DNA of 62,693 bases, counting the filler, from Rhabdomonas costata (Eukaryota), in NCBI GenBank assembly GCA_019059605.1. It is 31 parts of 31 records of this genome, joined end to end, with 100 filler letters (N's around TTAATTAATTAA, not from the genome) between each part and the next. Parts side by side here need not be neighbours in the genome. Positions count along the whole stretch, not along the records: positions 60,770 to 62,693 come from JAHMHO010007333.1; 30 more parts are not named here. The stretch is one strand, 5' to 3'. The position numbers and the translations under genes are program-made. Positions 61,018 to 62,693 of the stretch are shown one piece after another. Numbering within the stretch: the stretch's first letter is position 1; the number at the start of each line of letters is the position of its first letter. The notes below the pieces were generated by a model, which made no database searches, was not told where the DNA came from, and worked only from the letters and a program-made list of their open reading frames with translations.

Positions 61018-61788
61018 GCATCTATAAAACATAGTGAAGTCCTGTGCACAGAAAACAGCTCCCATGTGGGAGACTTCATACAGGTTGAAGCTACAAGGTG
61101 AGAAAGTCCATGAGGATGCAAAGGAAGAATGCAATATGAATACGGGACAAAACATGAGCGACAAAAAAGACCCTAACACTAAAAAACAGTCTTGAACCTG
61201 TGCAGCACTCGGCCTGCCTACACGACAGAGAGGAGCAGACTGTGCTGGCGCTGCTGGCGGTGAAGCCCGAGGGGCAGGTAATGGTGCTGCAGGTCGGGTT
61301 AGCTGCGAGTAGATGCAAGGAAGGAACGGTTGTGAACCAAAAGATTCTTGAGATCGGATTCTCCATCACATTCCCTTCGCCTCTTTTCCCATTCTGCTTG
61401 GTTTCTTTCCCTATGTGTACAGCGCCGCGCCCCGGGAGTATTTGCGAACGCCAGAAAAAGCGGTTGCCCATTAGTTTTCTTGCATTTTCCGCCGTGAGAA
61501 AGCATCCATAAAGCATAGTGAAGTCCTGTGCACACAAAACAGCTCCCATGTGGGAGACTTCATACAGGTTGAAGCTACAAGGTGAGAAAGTCCATGAGGA
61601 TGCAAAGGAAGAATGCAATATGAATACGGGACAAAACATGAGCGACAAAAAAGACCCTAACACTAAAAAAAAGTCTTGAACCTGTGCAGCACTCGGCCTG
61701 CCTACACGACAGAGAGGAGCAGACTGTGCTGGCGCTGCTGGCGGTGAAGCCCGAGGGGCAGGTAATGGTGCTGCAGGTCGGATTGGCT
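61018..61788. repeat. Recent exon-plus-intron duplication (61018-61304 vs 61502-61788)
   Basis: Near-identical ~287-bp copies offset by 484 bp. Confidence 0.92.
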
Positions 61789-62344
61789 GTGTGTAGGGGG
61801 CGGGGAATGTGGCACAGGGGCTTGAAGAACTGCTTTCTCTCCCACTGAAATTCCTGGAAATCTCGCACGGAAAGAAACAATCCCAGCTGCTGAGAAAAAA
61901 GTCAAGGAAAAGTGTCAACCCATTCGAAAGTGGGACAGGCCAGAGGTAGAGTAAGAAACGCAAACACGGGTTAATTTTCCACGACGGCACCCAAAAAACA
62001 GAGAGACGCACGCGCGCACACATACACACACGCACACACGTTGACACCTGGGCAGCAGTCTCCCTGGCTGCAGGACAGGGACGAGCACACCGTACTGGCG
62101 ACTTTGGTGGTGCGGCCCGTGGCGCACATAAAGCTGCTGCCACAGGTTGGGTTTGCTGTGACAGTGAGAAACACTGAACCCCAAGCACGGACATAAATCA
62201 GGTGAAACGGAGGATGCTTGAGCAGAGAAGGGAGCAGACCCGCACAGCATTCGGACTGGCTGCAGGACAGAGAGGAGCAGACAGTGCCCGTGCTGCTGGA
62301 GGTGTGGCCAGAGGGGCAGGAGACGGTGCTGCAGGTCGGGTTGG
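61198..62344 (-). CDS. Cys-rich tandem-repeat surface protein, one repeat per exon
   Basis: Phase-1 exons 62240-62344, 62048-62155, 61682-61786 and 61198-61302 each encode ANPTC-x4/5-C-x11-C-x4-C-x4-CC. Confidence 0.85.
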
Positions 62345-62693
62345 CTGCATCAAAAGAACCCCACCCACCCACCAAAAAGATTCGAGATGCTGAAATTTCC
62401 AAAAGTACAGGATCTCACGCTGAACCTCGCAGAAGTCTTGATCCGTCATAAAAAAAAGTAAAGACAGAAATGCAGATCAGCCATGCAGTAGCAAACAAAA
62501 CAAAACATAGCTCCTTCATAGAAACCATTACGAACAGAATCATATCACACCGGGCATGCCAAAGCGAAGCATAGCTCCACACCATTACACAGTGGATCCT
62601 TCACAGCAATGTAGCGGTAAAAAAAAGAGGGGCAGCGGAGTCCGAAAAGTGCATGTTCAGAAGGAGCACAAGGACCACCAACCGAAAAGAGAA

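Overview
This window is not one locus. It is 31 unrelated contigs of about 1.92-1.93 kb joined by 30 artificial 100-nt spacers (N44-TTAATTAATTAA-N44). Most contig ends carry G/T-only (or A/C-only) stretches that look like whole-genome-amplification primer remnants, and several chimeras and fold-backs are visible. Most contigs are fragments of intron-rich nuclear genes (GC-rich exons, GT-AG introns) from a protist, probably a euglenid given an articulin-like VPV-repeat exon. Recognisable gene pieces: SAM methyltransferase, two LRR proteins, Ulp1/SENP protease, STP/HUP-type sugar porter, myosin, DUF3638 protein, RRM protein, ATP9/Neo1 P4-ATPase, ArAE/FUSC-type membrane protein, LRAT-like protein, PstS-like secreted protein, PAS protein, cyclophilin, nucleotide-sugar transporter, cold-shock-domain protein, APH/EcKinase-like kinase and a Cys-repeat surface protein. 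Mobile DNA: two lineages of CRE/SLACS-like RLE retrotransposon, one with a structured ~200-nt 3' tail scattered over six contigs, and a Merlin/IS1595-like transposon end. The most unusual piece is contig 3 (4056-5982). It is an AT-rich, intronless array in which unrelated orphan ORFs alternate with a conserved ~180-220-nt repeat containing hairpins and the Mimiviridae early-promoter motif AAAATTGA, a candidate giant-virus gene-cassette array. Exon boundaries and family calls were made by eye, without database searches.
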